64,000 nucleotides of DNA from Eledone cirrhosa. Its lineage: Eukaryota. A program made the position numbers and the translations under genes. Shown here piece after piece: positions 13,617-27,167 of the stretch (within the stretch, counting starts at the first letter, position 1; each line of letters opens with the position of its first letter). The DNA is taken from positions 56,110,001 to 56,174,000 of the forward strand of contig OZ024740.1 of assembly GCA_964016885.1 (NCBI GenBank), given 5' to 3'. A model generated the notes under the pieces. That model was not told where the DNA came from, made no database searches, and saw only the letters and a program-made list of their open reading frames with translations.

Positions 13617-15214
13617 TGCCCCGCAAAAGTTTACAACGCATTAGGAAAAATGCGGTTTTAGGTATTTTTTATAAAGTTAGGGTAATGAAAATGTAACTAC
13701 TGATAGAACATATAGTGAGGCATTTAATGATACAATCATATTTTTTAAAAAATAACAAGGAAATAACTCATGAAGAAAAATCAATATTTTTATAACGCAA
13801 AAGTTTACAACACATTTTATATTTATCGCTTTTTTTCAAGAAAATTCTTAAATTTTCAGATTTAAAATTCAGTAGAATGTTCTAGATTAGGTTTAAGGTA
13901 ACTTCTAAGGACAATTAAAAACATTACGTCATTATTTGTCTGACAACCATCCTGTAAACATTGACATCCGTCCTGTAAACATTGACAATATCGGGAAAAA
14001 TAAACTGATTGATCAAGACCTCCGTAAACGCATTGTAGACCTTCATACAAATAGTGTTGGTTATAGAAAGATATCTTGTCAGTTAAATGTGCCATTGAGT
14101 TCAGTTGGTACTATAATTCGTCACTGGAAATCTCATCATTCCATCTGTCCTCTAATTAGTTATGGTCGTCCTAGAAAGATAACGGAACGTGCAGCTCGGT
14201 TATTGACGAGAAAGGTTGGCAACGAACCCGGTGTACTCATTAAAATCTTTAGGATGACCTAGAAGGAAGTGGAGTAAAAGTGAGCACAGATACAATTAGT
14301 CGGTCACTACATCGATATGATATCTTCTCGAGGTCTCCAAGGAAAACACCACTTCTTACAAGGAAACACGTTCTTCGTCGATTAAACTTTGCAAATGAGC
14401 ATCTCATCAAACCTGCATCATTTTGGGAAGATGTACTTTGGTCAGACGAAACAAAAATTGAACTTTTTGGTCGAAATGCTGTGGCAAAAGTCTGGAGAAA
14501 GAAAGGTACTGAATATTCGCTGAAGAATACTATTCCAACTGTAAAATTTGGAAGTGGATCAGTCATGGTCTGGGGTTGCTTTAGTGCCACAGGTGTAGGA
14601 AATATTGAAATAATAGAAGGAAGAATGGATGGCGCTTATTATAGAGGTATTTTACAAAGGAATTTACATCAAAGTGCACATTCTCTCAGCTTAAAGCCAG
14701 GTTGGTTTTTTCAACAAGACAATGATCCAAAGTATACTGCAAAGCTAACACAATCTTGGTTAAGTACGAATGGAACAAATGTTCTAAAATGGCCATGTCA
14801 GTCTCCAGATCTTAACCCGATCAAAAATTTGTGGAGAGAACTGAAACTCAGAATTCAAAAAAGGAAACCCCAAAATATCCCTGAACTAAAGAAAATTTGT
14901 TGTGAAGAATGGAAAAATATTAGCCAAGAAGTTTGTAGGAGGCTACTCCAAATGTCTAAAGGCTGTAATTAGCAACAAAGGTTACGCTACAAAATATTAA
15001 GAGATGATTTAATAAATGTGTTGTAAAGTTTTGCGTTATAAAAATATTGTTTTTTCTTCATGAGTTATTTCCTTGTTATTTTCTTTTAAATATAATTGTA
15101 TCATTAAATGCCTCATTATATGTTCTATCAGTAGTTAAATTTTCATTACCCTAACTTTATTAAAAATACCTAAAACCGCATTTTTCCTAATGTCTTGTAA
15201 ACTTTTGCGGGGCA

Positions 15215-15217
<3 letters not shown>
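13614..15217 (+). mobile_element. Full-length Tc1-family transposon with ~200-bp IR/DR terminal repeats, inserted in (TA)n
   Basis: TA|CAGTGCCCCGCAAAAGTTTACAA ... TTGTAAACTTTTGCGGGGCACTG|TA. Inner direct repeat cgcaaaagtttacaac at ~13796. Confidence 0.95.
13990..15000 (+). pseudogene. Tc1 DD34E transposase, inactivated
   Basis: (I)GKNKLIDQDLRKRIVDLH...GRPRK HTH; WSDETKIELFG; QQDNDPK; SPDLNPIKNLW (catalytic E appears as K); ends NKGYATKY. The start appears as ATC, and frameshifts occur near 14250 and 14950. Confidence 0.92.
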
Positions 15218-15282
<65 letters not shown>

Positions 15283-15358
15283 CGAAGGAAATGTGGTAAG
15301 GAACAAGGTGGACCATAACGCACCAAAGTACTCAATACTTAGGGTAGTAGAGTGGGTA

Positions 15359-15506
15359 ATAGGAACGAGTAGGCCTCCGATGGCTGAACTCAAGCCGTTT
15401 CGACGGCTAATTCTGGACTGAATTAGCCGTCGAATTAGTCGAATTAGTCCAGAATTAACCGTCGAAACGGCTTGAGCCCAGCCGTCGGGGTCTTACTCGT
15501 TCCTAT
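15359..15506. repeat. ~60-bp-arm hairpin formed by foldback of the dispersed repeat
   Basis: ataggaacgagta...ctcaagccgtttcgacggctaattctggact is mirrored by agtccagaattaaccgtcgaaacggcttgag...tactcgttcctat. Confidence 0.85.
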
Positions 15507-15622
15507 ATATATATATATATATAAGTTAGTTCCACAACAGTTAATTAAGTACCGAACTCGTCCCATGGACTGGGTGCTCTACAACTACGGATATAACCTC
15601 CCAGTGTTCTACCAGTATACCA

Positions 15623-15694
<72 letters not shown>

Positions 15695-16049
15695 AAGTGT
15701 GCTATAAATAAAAGTTGTCTGTTCGTGTGTCCATTTTATGATTTATAATTAAAACATCATCATACACTTGAAAATACCCGTATTTTAAATGTGATCTTAT
15801 TTCTGTTTTGATGCATACATTTATAGATCAGCTTCACATCGTTTCATTATATTAAATTTTCGATGATGTCCTCGATTCCATTTTATAATAAACGTTGTTA
15901 ATGAACTTTTCTCATATTAAAATGTCTATTATGCCTTTGATTTCGTTTAAAGCGTAATAGTCAAACTTATTTCATTATGTTAAAGCTTTTGACTGTCTTC
16001 GATTTCGTTCAATGAGTAATGCATTTAAATTTATTACACGTGCTGTGAC

Positions 16050-16240
16050 AAGATGGAATGGCTCTTCCAACGCATCTCCCTTACCATCCTCCGGAGAAAC
16101 GCCTTCTCCATTCTGTCTGCCGGGGCTGTGGGGCGGCCAGTACGTGAGACCCATTTACTCACAATACAGAGAGATGGGGGCGATGACAGTGGGAGTTCGG
16201 CTCTTCCGTGTTCGGACACATTGCACCTGTCATGTGGATC
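16050..16240 (+). mobile_element. Short 3' end of the CRE-like element (ORF end plus 3' UTR)
   Basis: MEWLFQRISLTILRRNAFSILSAGAVG followed by a UTR shared with 37205-37412 on the minus strand. Confidence 0.75.
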
Positions 16241-16808
16241 ATGTGATAACTAACAAAAGTATATGAGAAGAAAGAACAATGGAATTTTCTGACCACTATT
16301 GATACCACAATGATATATGCTCGGACAATGTGGGAAAATGTCCTCCAGTATGTAGAACACCGGGCACATGCTGCCTCATAGTTCCATCAGACTGAATAGA
16401 GAAAGTGTTAGTCTGGAGAATCGTGAGGGAGACACATTGAATTAGCTATTCCGTGTAGCAGAATATCATTATTCATGAAACAAAGATAGAATTGATTTTG
16501 TTTATAATTTTTTTAGGTAACCTTTTGTTGTTTTTTAATGATGAAATTTTGATATTAACAATATATGAAATCACACACCTTCATACGCTTGATCGATTAT
16601 CCTTTGTAAGGATATTTGGATATCGTTGTCAATTCAATGATATCTACAGTTTAATGTGTTGGTTTCTGTGGCATTTATCAATCAAGTGAAAATGGAGTTT
16701 AGTGGTGTACCGCTGGTAACTTTCCTAGCCGAAATATTGAACATGGTTTTACAAGCAAACAAATAACTTGTCAAATTTACAGTAAGACCACTCCTTACAA
16801 TTGTAAAT

Positions 16809-17189
16809 CATGGTATGACCATCTTCCCGTTCTGCGGTGGCAAACCCCTCGTCTGGAATGCCACTTGCACCGACACTTTGTCCAGCCGCAACCTGGTGCA
16901 GTATGCGACTAACCCAGGTTCTGCTGCACGTCGGACTGAGGAGGCCAAACTCTCCAAATACCGGTCGCTCTCCGACAGGTTTGCGATCGTACCCTTGGCA
17001 ATGGAGACTTCTGGTGTCCTGGCCCCTAGGGCTACCTCCCTACTCACCACCATAGGCGCTGAGCTGGCCAGCCGCATGTGTGAGCCTGGCGAACTGGAAT
17101 TGCTCTTCCTGCGCGTCTCCCTTGCCGTCCTCCGGGGAAACGCCTTCTCCATTCTGTCCGCCGGGGCTGTGGGGAGGCCATCAATATGA
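16809..17189 (+). mobile_element. CRE-like RLE domain fragment
   Basis: GMTIFPFCGGKPLVWNATCTDT...PLAMETSG...VSLAVLRGNAFSILSAGAVG, highly similar to 8235-8657. Confidence 0.8.
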
Positions 17190-17549
17190 TTGACTGACTT
17201 GTCATTTTATCATGTACATCCGTGGTGGTTCTCTAACTATTGTCGTCGTCTATGTTGTTGTTCTCGTTGTTGATGCCGTTTGGATGTTGTTCTTATTATT
17301 ATTATTGTTGGTAGCTTGTAGGCTCGACAGTTGAAAGTTAAATGCACACAACACACTGCCGGTGATACTACGTGAACTGTTCACTCCTGATTCCTCTCAT
17401 TTCTATTGATTAACAAAGAAATCGATAGTTGTATTAAGAAGATAGATATTTAATCGAAATAGTTAAATACAATTGCTGAGGTCACTTGCATATAAAGAAT
17501 CTTAATTACTTGGAAATATATGTCCAATCACATCCTATAGAATGACATA

Positions 17550-17595
<46 letters not shown>

Positions 17596-17599
17596 TACA

Positions 17600-17673
<74 letters not shown>

Positions 17674-18991
17674 CACACACCTTATGCAACAATTTATCAT
17701 TGGACGATGTCTTGCAGTATTTATTCCGGATTTGTGCGTCCTCGGTTCAAATCCCACCGAGGTGAAACTCGCCTTTTGTCATTCGGGGACTAATCTAAGA
17801 CGGTTGACTGGTGAGGTCTTAAACACATTGTATCGGATATGACGCGATATTTGTTCCGGTTCTTTGCATTCTGAGTTCAAATCTTGCCGTGAGCTACTTC
17901 GGATATAGATTTAATCTGTTACCTCATTTAACACAACCACATTTCGATGGCTTTAACAGAGTTCACTCTGTTGCTGACACAGGAACCAGATCACGGAATT
18001 TAAGGTAACTACTTCTCTAACTCCCATTACTCTCGATAAGCCTGAAACGAATCATAAGCTGTACCTTTCCTCCTGATTACAAAATAAGAACGACAAAGGC
18101 AAAAGATGGTAATTAAGTAGAGTTCTATTGAGCGATTGCTTTAATTAAATTATGTTAATGAAAATCTTACCTTTTATCTTGTTTTGTATAATGCATTGGA
18201 AGCTACCTGTAATTTAATAATAATAGCTTTGAAAAAAAGTGTTTCAAATTTAGCAGAATGCTTACTATTGATGTCATTGGTATCTTACGGGGATCAGATA
18301 TTTTTGTAAAATGGCGGTTTATTTCTAAAGATTACCTTTCGATATTATGAAAATATGGCAATAATAGTTTTGCTCGTATAGCAATGCTTCATTCTATCAT
18401 TTGAATTGCTTGCATTGTAACTAACGCTTTCAGAAAAATGATTGGATGCCTGAGGAAATGAAAAGGTTTCTTCAGTTGACTTAATCATTTTATTGTCGTT
18501 TGAGTTTAAAAAGCAAACCAGCCGAATTTTCTCTTGGGAACAAGCTTTTGAAATGTATTGAAATTATTTACATTTAGATACATTAAAAAACTATTAAATA
18601 ATCTAAATATCTATCTTGAACCTGCCTGTTTGTCACTCTCAATTAAGAGACACTTCACTAGATAGTCAAATACATAAGTATTGGGAAAAGTATATATATA
18701 TATAGAGAGAGAGAGAGAGAAATATATATGTGTGTGTATGTATATATATATATATATATAAGATTCTATTGAGCATTGAGCGATATGACTGTTTTAGTAA
18801 AATCGGTACAAGAGTGAAAAGTAGAGTAAAGTAGGAAATACAGTTTCAACTTTTACATTATTTCTGATGATATATTAATGTAAGAACATAATTGACAAAA
18901 TAATACACATGCACACATACATAAACATACCATCATACACTCATACACACATATGCATACGCACATATTTATGTATTTATTTATTCAAATA

Positions 18992-19861
18992 CTAGCAGCA
19001 GTACCCAGCGTTGCCTGGGTAGGTAAAATAATATCTGCTTTGATGAAAAGGTGTTGATCTTAGCGACTGCGAGTTTCTTGAAAATCGGTCGTAAGGTGTA
19101 GTAAATGGCGAAATGTTGAGTGAAATCGTATGGAGTATGTGGGAGGTGGAAAAAATCGTATTTTGAAGAGTTAAACGGCTGCCACGCTGTCCCTGAACAA
19201 AAAAAATGCAAAGTGTGATGGTACTATAAGAAGTGCAATGATAGGTTCTATCATAGTATAAAAGTTGAACCAAATAAATTGATTTATGTGCGAGGTGGAG
19301 CCGAAGTTTCGAATTTGAACGAAATCGGTTGAAAAATGTGGGAACTAATGATAGGTCACCGTTCCTGAACAAAAAAATTCAAAGTGTAAAGCTACTATAA
19401 GATGTGCAATGATAGGTTCTATCGTAGTATAAAAGTTGAACCAAATAAATTGATTTCTGTGTGAGGTGGAGCCGAAATTTCGAATTTGAACGAAATCGGT
19501 TGAAAAATGTGGGAACTAGAGCCGAAAAGGCGGAAATTTGAGCGAAAAGGTGGTATTTTCGAATATTTAAGCGGCTGCCACGCCGTTCCTGAACAAAAAA
19601 TCCAAAATATAAAGCCACTTTAAGACGTGAAATAATCAGATCTAGCGTAGTGTATAATTTGAACAAAGTAGGTTGATTAATGTGGGAGCTAGAGCCGAAA
19701 AAGTGGAAATGTGAGTCTAAAAGTGGTATTTTTGAATATTTAAGCGGCTGCCACGCCGTCCCTGAACAACAAATGAAAAATATAATGCCATTACAGGATG
19801 TGCAATGATAAATTCTATTTTGCTTTAAAATTTGAACGAAATCGGTGGCAAAAGGAAGTTG

Positions 19862-19895
<34 letters not shown>

Positions 19896-20070
19896 ATCGA
19901 TGTTTATCTGCAGAATGACCCCGGAATAAAAAAACGATACGCTGATATATAGAAAACACTCCCCGATGACTAATCTATGAGCCTGTAAAGTTTCATGAAA
20001 ATCCGTCGTAAGATGTAGGCCCTTATAGGTAATACACAGACACACATACTTAATTTTATATATATACAGA
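18992..20070 (-). mobile_element. Non-autonomous Helitron with internal tandem repeats
   Basis: The minus strand begins A|TCTGTATATATATAAAAT and ends with hairpin ACCCAGGCAACGCTGGGT followed by CTAG|T. This gives canonical TC...CTAG termini at an AT site. Internal ~180-bp repeats lie at 19170-19850. Confidence 0.8.
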
Positions 20071-20583
20071 TATACTGGATCGTTAAGTATGAAATTTGTA
20101 GATATCTATTTATTTTTCTACAAATTTCTACAAACTTCATACTTTATGACCCAATATATATAGGTATCTAAATGTGTATGTTTGTGCGAGTATGTACGTG
20201 TATATAAATATTTTTTATGTGCGTGTATATAAATAATTTTATGTGCGTGTATATAAATATTTTTATGTAAAATTATATGAACACTGATATATATGTACGG
20301 AAAAGATAGCCTGCATTTAAACTCTAAGATATATGCATATGCACTAGTATTTAAACACATGAATATACATGCAGAGACTCAAATGATTGATGCAGTACTT
20401 AGGATCTGAATAAGAGAGCATTTGTCATAGTCTGTTAGTCATTGGTTTTGGTTTGAAAAGGTAAACGTAAATCATTATTAAAATATACGTTAATATAGAT
20501 AAGATGATGTGTGAATAGATTTATGTTTATCAATTAAGTTATTACACTTAAGTCATTTAATGAAAGAAGAATAACGAAACACT

Positions 20584-20665
<82 letters not shown>

Positions 20666-21428
20666 CAAGTATATATGTGTGTATGTATGTATATATGTAT
20701 GTATATGTAGGCGTGTGTGTGATGTTAAGAGTTCAAGACAGCTCACCCAAATAAATATTTCTACAAATAAGATGATTACCGTAAGGCGCTTATTGCAACA
20801 AGGATCTGATACAATCAGACCTGCTATGGCATTTCTATCACATCAATCGCTTTCGGCTAGAAATTCTCTACCTTCTTCTACAATCCCTAAGTAGCCATCT
20901 GCTTGGCAAAAGTTCTTAAATTTCAGCTAATATAACCGAAGGCAAACATTAGTGTATCTAATTAATGGAAGCTAACTCTGTACAAGATTGCACATATTCT
21001 GAGAGTGTGATAGGGAGGGAGACAGGGAAGTAAATGTGAAAGTTATTGTGAAAGATGGAGATAGATAGAGAGAGCGGGAGATGAACGAAAGAGGGAGAGA
21101 TAGTGTAAGATGCTGGCAATAAGACTGAAATTGATGAAATCACGCACAAATAAAAATTCCTACGTGTATTTCGTGATCTGTTCTACACAGTTGTTTCACA
21201 TGTTCGAATTATTACAATCGATCTGTTGCTACTGCTGCTGCTGTTGTTGTTGGCGGTGGTGGTGGTGGTTTGTTGTTGTTGTTGCTTTTGTTGTTGTTGT
21301 TGTTGTTTCTCTGGTCAGTGTTGAATCGAGCAGATCCATAACCAAACGTATCCCCAGAGTGACGACTTTACCACTTTTGTTTTTATAGAGACATTTTTTA
21401 AGACGGAGGTGCCTAACTCGAGGAAGAA

Positions 21429-21466
<38 letters not shown>

Positions 21467-23689
21467 CGACGACGATGCTGATGATTTTGTTATGTAGCCC
21501 TGATCAGTCTTGGCCGAGCAAGTAATCTATCGAACGATGCGAACCATGGATCCATTGAACGATAGCCTATGCTGATTAGTACAGTTCAACCAGGTGGTAA
21601 ATTTGCAGAGTCACTATAATGTCGGTTAGAATGATTTGTGATATTCGTTCCAGCTCTCTGTGCACTGATTTCAACTTTAACTTTCATCCTTTCATGGCCC
21701 ATAAATAATGTATTGTGGTCGATTCCGCTCTATCACTTTTTCTCTCCTTCTCCGGAGGAAATTGGCTGTGTTCAAACACGGAGAGAAGATGGGCTCCTCC
21801 GGGTTTAAATAGCCCAAGACACGGGTTTTGTACATACATGTTGCAATCACTACCCAGGCACTTCTCAACTCGTTCGTATCTCCTCCTCTTGCCACCCACG
21901 ACATAGATCTAGACACCGCAGTAATCTCTACACCCAATCATTTCTTCTCGAGACGTGTCGTTCATCTGAAATTCCCTCTCTGCTATTTTTTTTTTTTTAC
22001 AGCCGTCAGATAGCAGCTATTCAAGACAATGGCTAACCATTTCGTATCGATCTCAATAGTCTCGGAGGGCCTGCAAAGGCTATGGACCTAGCCCTTTCCT
22101 CCAGACGAATCTAATAATAATGAAAGTAATCATATCATTCCCCTACCCTGCTACGTGATCATACCATACTCTCCTACATGCAATAGTTAATAAATACTAA
22201 AGGGCTAGAGGGTGGTAGTTAGTCAGTAAAATTTGTCGGTTTGGCGAAATTAGTAGAATGTCTTGCAATATTTATTCTATAAGTGTTTACCCACTGAATG
22301 CACGCCAGAATAAATCAATAAAAGGAACCAGTCGAGTTCTAGGATCGATATTAACTGGGACCTTGTTCTCTATATTAGAAACTAATAATACTGTGGCATG
22401 CAAGATATAAACTTCAACAGTTTTAACTTGCCGTAACGTGTTGTTTCTCTCATTATCGCTGTTTTCATCGGTGGCATTGCTTTTCTCATATGAAATTAGA
22501 TGTCATAGTATATTTGCATTTATTTTTTCTTTATAGTCAAAACAGTTTCAAAGAATGGTTTGAGGTCTGAATACGAATAAGTATCGTGAACATCTAACAG
22601 AGTAACTAGAACACGATTCCTAATGTCCACAGGTAAGTTGATACAGATCTTCAGTTACATAGAAAGCTGTGCAAGATTTTTTTAGGATATTATACTAACT
22701 CGATAATATGCGCTACTTAAGTTTGCTACAATATTTATGCTTGGATATATCATTAACCGGATTATCTATACAGAGAGCTGGATAAACTCCGATCCCTGCG
22801 AAACGGTTAATAGTTTGAAGGAAATCAACTACAAGCATTTTCTTACCGGAATTGTCTGTAACAACCAATCACCGTGTGAAATTAATTCGTTATTTTAAAA
22901 GTGCTGAAACTTCTTTAACTGTGAATTCTTTATCTCATTGTATCAATGACGTTTCGCTGCAACAAGTTTGCTGTTTGAAGTAAAAAGGTAAAGCAGGTTT
23001 TCTAACCACTTAAAAATGTTTCTAATAAATTATGTTTGGCTTCATTGCCTAATTTTTGGTGACTGATTTTAGAAAAAATTATCATTGTCATCTAGACGCT
23101 GATCTAACCTGAGCAAACAGAACTATACCCGAACATATTCTAGCCGTGGCTTTCCTCTTTGCGTTTTTTTTTTTGTTTTCTTTTTTTAGACATCGAGTCA
23201 TAAAATATACTATCCTACAGCAGTTTTGGCTGTTATTTTATGTACGAGTGATCATATAGAAGCTCCTTCGTTGAACCGTTGAAATATAGATTTGTATTGT
23301 TTTTATATATTTGTTTTGTGTTATATATTATGCTGTGTGTGTTTATATGATATTTTTAAGCGGCTGTTGGGATATGCCCATACTGTTGAAGTTCTATCTT
23401 CTATGTCTTCTCCCGATTCCCGTGAATCTGTGTCTTGTCCTGTTGCAAATTTATTATCGTTAGACCGGTGTTTCTAACACATTGTTAAAATCTTTAATTC
23501 CTTTATTCTCTCTTTTTTTTTTAAGATGGCAGAGAATAGTTTATAGAGCTGTGGGGTCAATATTCGGCCTCGATAATTTAGTTACATGCAGTAAATGACC
23601 GTTATGTCGGCCAAGTGTAGCACTTTTATTGGTAGGCTAGATACATGCAAAGAAACCAATAATGCTGTAGATCAACTCTTATAGTTACC

Positions 23690-24125
23690 AGGCAGTATCG
23701 GTAGAGCGTCAGATGCCATGCTTTGTAACATAGAGTTATGGTCCTTTACGTTCTGAGTTCAAATCCCGCCAAGGTTAACTTTGCCTTTCATCCTTTCTGG
23801 GTCGATAAAATAAAGTACCAGTAACGTACTGGGGTCGATTTAATCGATTTTCCCCTCCCGCCAAATTACTGGCCTTGTGCCTAGACTAGAAATTATTATT
23901 TGAGGGTGGTGGATTGGCAGTATCGGTAGAGCGTCGGACTCCATGCTTTTCAGCATAGAGTTACGGCACTTTATGATCTAACTTCAAATCCCGCTGAGGT
24001 TAACCTTTCCTTTCATCCTTACTGAGTCGATAAAATAAAGCACCAGTAACGTACTGGGTCGATTTAATCGACTTTCCTCTCCCCCAAAATGGTTGGCCTT
24101 GTGCCTATATAAGAAACCATTATTA
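23690..24125 (+). mobile_element. Two tandem copies of SINE family 1
   Basis: ggcagtatcggtagagcgtc...gagttcaaatcccgccgaggttaactttgcctttcatcc...ggtcgataaaataaagtaccag...ggccttgtgcc, at ~23690-23900 and ~23910-24125. Confidence 0.85.
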
Positions 24126-26969
24126 CTTTTATTATCGCCAAATTGGAACGGTAGAAACTATTATTTATGCTCCCTGTCAGTTTTTAAGTCTCATTTTGCA
24201 TTTATTTTAGTGATTTCTACAAGTTATATTCAAGGATAACTAAGACGGGTAACATCAGTTATAGTTAATACGACATAGAATCATGAATAATGTTGATAGT
24301 TAAAGTAGCTTTGGCAGCTGGTAACCTCTGCAAGATGTCAGAACTTTACCATTCCACTATATGTTTATTAATATGAAAATAAGGTAATTAACATGAATAA
24401 TTAATTGTTAATTAATCATTTATTTAATTAATTGTTAGTTGCAATGCGTTGTCCCATATGCTAGTTTTACCAACATCGATGGTTTATAGCACCTCTGGTT
24501 GAGAGTTATTGGATCTGACTTAAATTATACTGTTTTCTATTATTGTTGACAAATAGCCTTCAGCGTTTTTTGCTATATTGTAAAGAAGGCCAGAGCGCTA
24601 AAAGGTTCAAGAGAGATATGGCGGTTATCATCTTATATTCTTTGTTGTTGCTGTTGTTACTGTTGTTGTTTTTGTTGTAGTGTTGTTGATGATGATGTTA
24701 TTGTTAGTTAGTTAGTTAGTTAGTTCCGTTATTTGTTATTGTCTTGTTTAAAAAATGAGATTTAAACTCTATCAACATTGATTTGATTAGTACAGACAAA
24801 ATCTCAATATTTATAACTCATTCAGAAACAAAGATAAACAGAGAAAGAGAGAACATGACTAGTATAATGGAGCTCAATTTCGACAGCAATGAGATTTGAA
24901 CTTGGAACTAAAATCCAATATTTTATTGATTCAATCAACTTCACTGCGTTGGATTGAAGCATTGAAGCTTTACACTTGAACCTATGTAAATGTATCCCTA
25001 GTATAAAGAGAAGGGCTAGATTCACCTGATTCGTGAGTAAATTAGCAGAATCGCTACAGCATCGGACAAAAGGCTTGCGCATACACAAACACATTCACAC
25101 ACAATCACAACAGAACACACACAGACTTACACACACACACACTTACACACACACACACGCGCACAAACACACACTTACACACACATGCTGTCTCCTCACT
25201 CTGTATTTTCTAACGCTATTACAATTAATTCAGCTCTTGTGAATTAGTTAGCTGCGTACGACATCTACCCAATCCCATACGATACACTCATGTCTGTTCT
25301 TCTCATTATCCATATTACGTTTGATCCATCAGGCTCCACACTAAGCAATCTGATCAATCCTCTTCCATAAATGCCATCCCGCTGGAACACTCTCGCTGCC
25401 CATGTCTTTCTTGCAGTGGTCAACATGCCAGTGTTCAAGATGAACATCAAACTCATAGATCTTAATAGTCAGGGATGACCAAAACGTATTATAGCCATTG
25501 CTAAACCCCCAAAATGAATCGAATAAAAATAATCAACTAAATGTTCTAGAGTGTGTAATGTCAACCCACAGTGAGATACGCTGATTTTTTATTCTTATCA
25601 TGACTGTTCTATTGTCTATGGTAATTACGCAAAAATGGAGGTAGTTGGTCAAATGCGGATATTTGTATATCTTACGCTCCTCTCTTCTGGGTTATGTTCA
25701 CTTCTGAATAACTCACAAAGTGGGGAATTAAAACATACACAGTTTCCGGATGTTGTTTGAAGAAGATTGTTGTTATTTAATGCTTAAATGCATTTATGGA
25801 AAAGGGTACTCTAGATTGTACGTTTGCTAAATTTTAGGAACAGATTGTATTAAGCCTGGGTATCATAGGGGAGCGAGAATAGCCTAAGTTATACACAGAC
25901 ACTCTCTCTCTCTCACACACTCACGCGCGTGCACGCGCACACACTCACACACTCACACACACACGCATATATATATATGCAAAAGCATAAATATGTCTAC
26001 TTCTAGATATACGCACACGCATATGCACACATACCAACATTTTCAAGAAGGTGCTCTTGTATGGCTGCAACCAAACGACTGTCATATGCATACGTATATG
26101 ATTGTATTTAATAGTAATAACAACCATAACGTCTATAGCAACAATAATGATCTTTTCTTTCTAGCATTGGAACAAGGCCAGCAATGTGGGAGGAGGGTGC
26201 TTATAGTTTTCTTTTTTTTTTCTGATTCACGCTAATACTAATGCTTATTAATTCGAGCCGGCCAGCCTTTGCACTGAATCAAATGAGCATCTTCCGCCAT
26301 TGTTCAGCAGCAAACAGTGGAAGCCTTGTGCTTATTTTTGTTCTAGTAGCATAGGAGTAAGTTCCTCCAAAGAAGGATAATATTTCAAGATCCTGTTTTT
26401 GCTGAGATAGCAGTGACATGATCACAGCTTATTACAAATGTTCATACCAAGGCTAAAAGGATGTTTATTATCCATAAACATATTTTATATGCTTCCATAT
26501 ACAATCCTGCACATACATATATACATGCATATACATACATACATGCATATATATACATACATACATGATGATGGCTGCCCCCTCGTTATCGAGTATGGCC
26601 ATTGCACGTTATGCCATTATTAATAATTATTAATTAATTTCTATCGTGCAATGCTTGTGCGTGAAGATATTTTTAAAGTGAGGAAAGACTGTGCACTGAG
26701 CCAATCCCACTCTCTGAGCGACAGTAGCTATAACCCGAAAAGAAGAAAAGATCAACATCATCGGTAACTACTGAGTCGCAAGTTTTATATCGGAGTTATC
26801 CCAGTTTCCTGAATTGCCTTCTCCTAGAAGAATAGAAGAATGCCCTGACATACATACATGTAAATATATATATATATATATATACATATTCATATATATA
26901 TATATATATATATATACATATTCATATATATATATACATATATATATGAATGTGTATATATATATATGA

Positions 26970-27013
<44 letters not shown>

Positions 27014-27024
27014 ACATACATACG

Positions 27025-27060
<36 letters not shown>

Positions 27061-27111
27061 CATTTATGTACATACATATAAATATATATATATATATATA
27101 TAAATATATAC

Positions 27112-27167
<56 letters not shown>

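Noticed and set aside
19170-19850. Regularly recurring repeats resembling a CRISPR array
   Set aside because: The units are long tandem modules without unique spacers, lie inside Helitron termini in eukaryotic DNA, and have no cas genes nearby.
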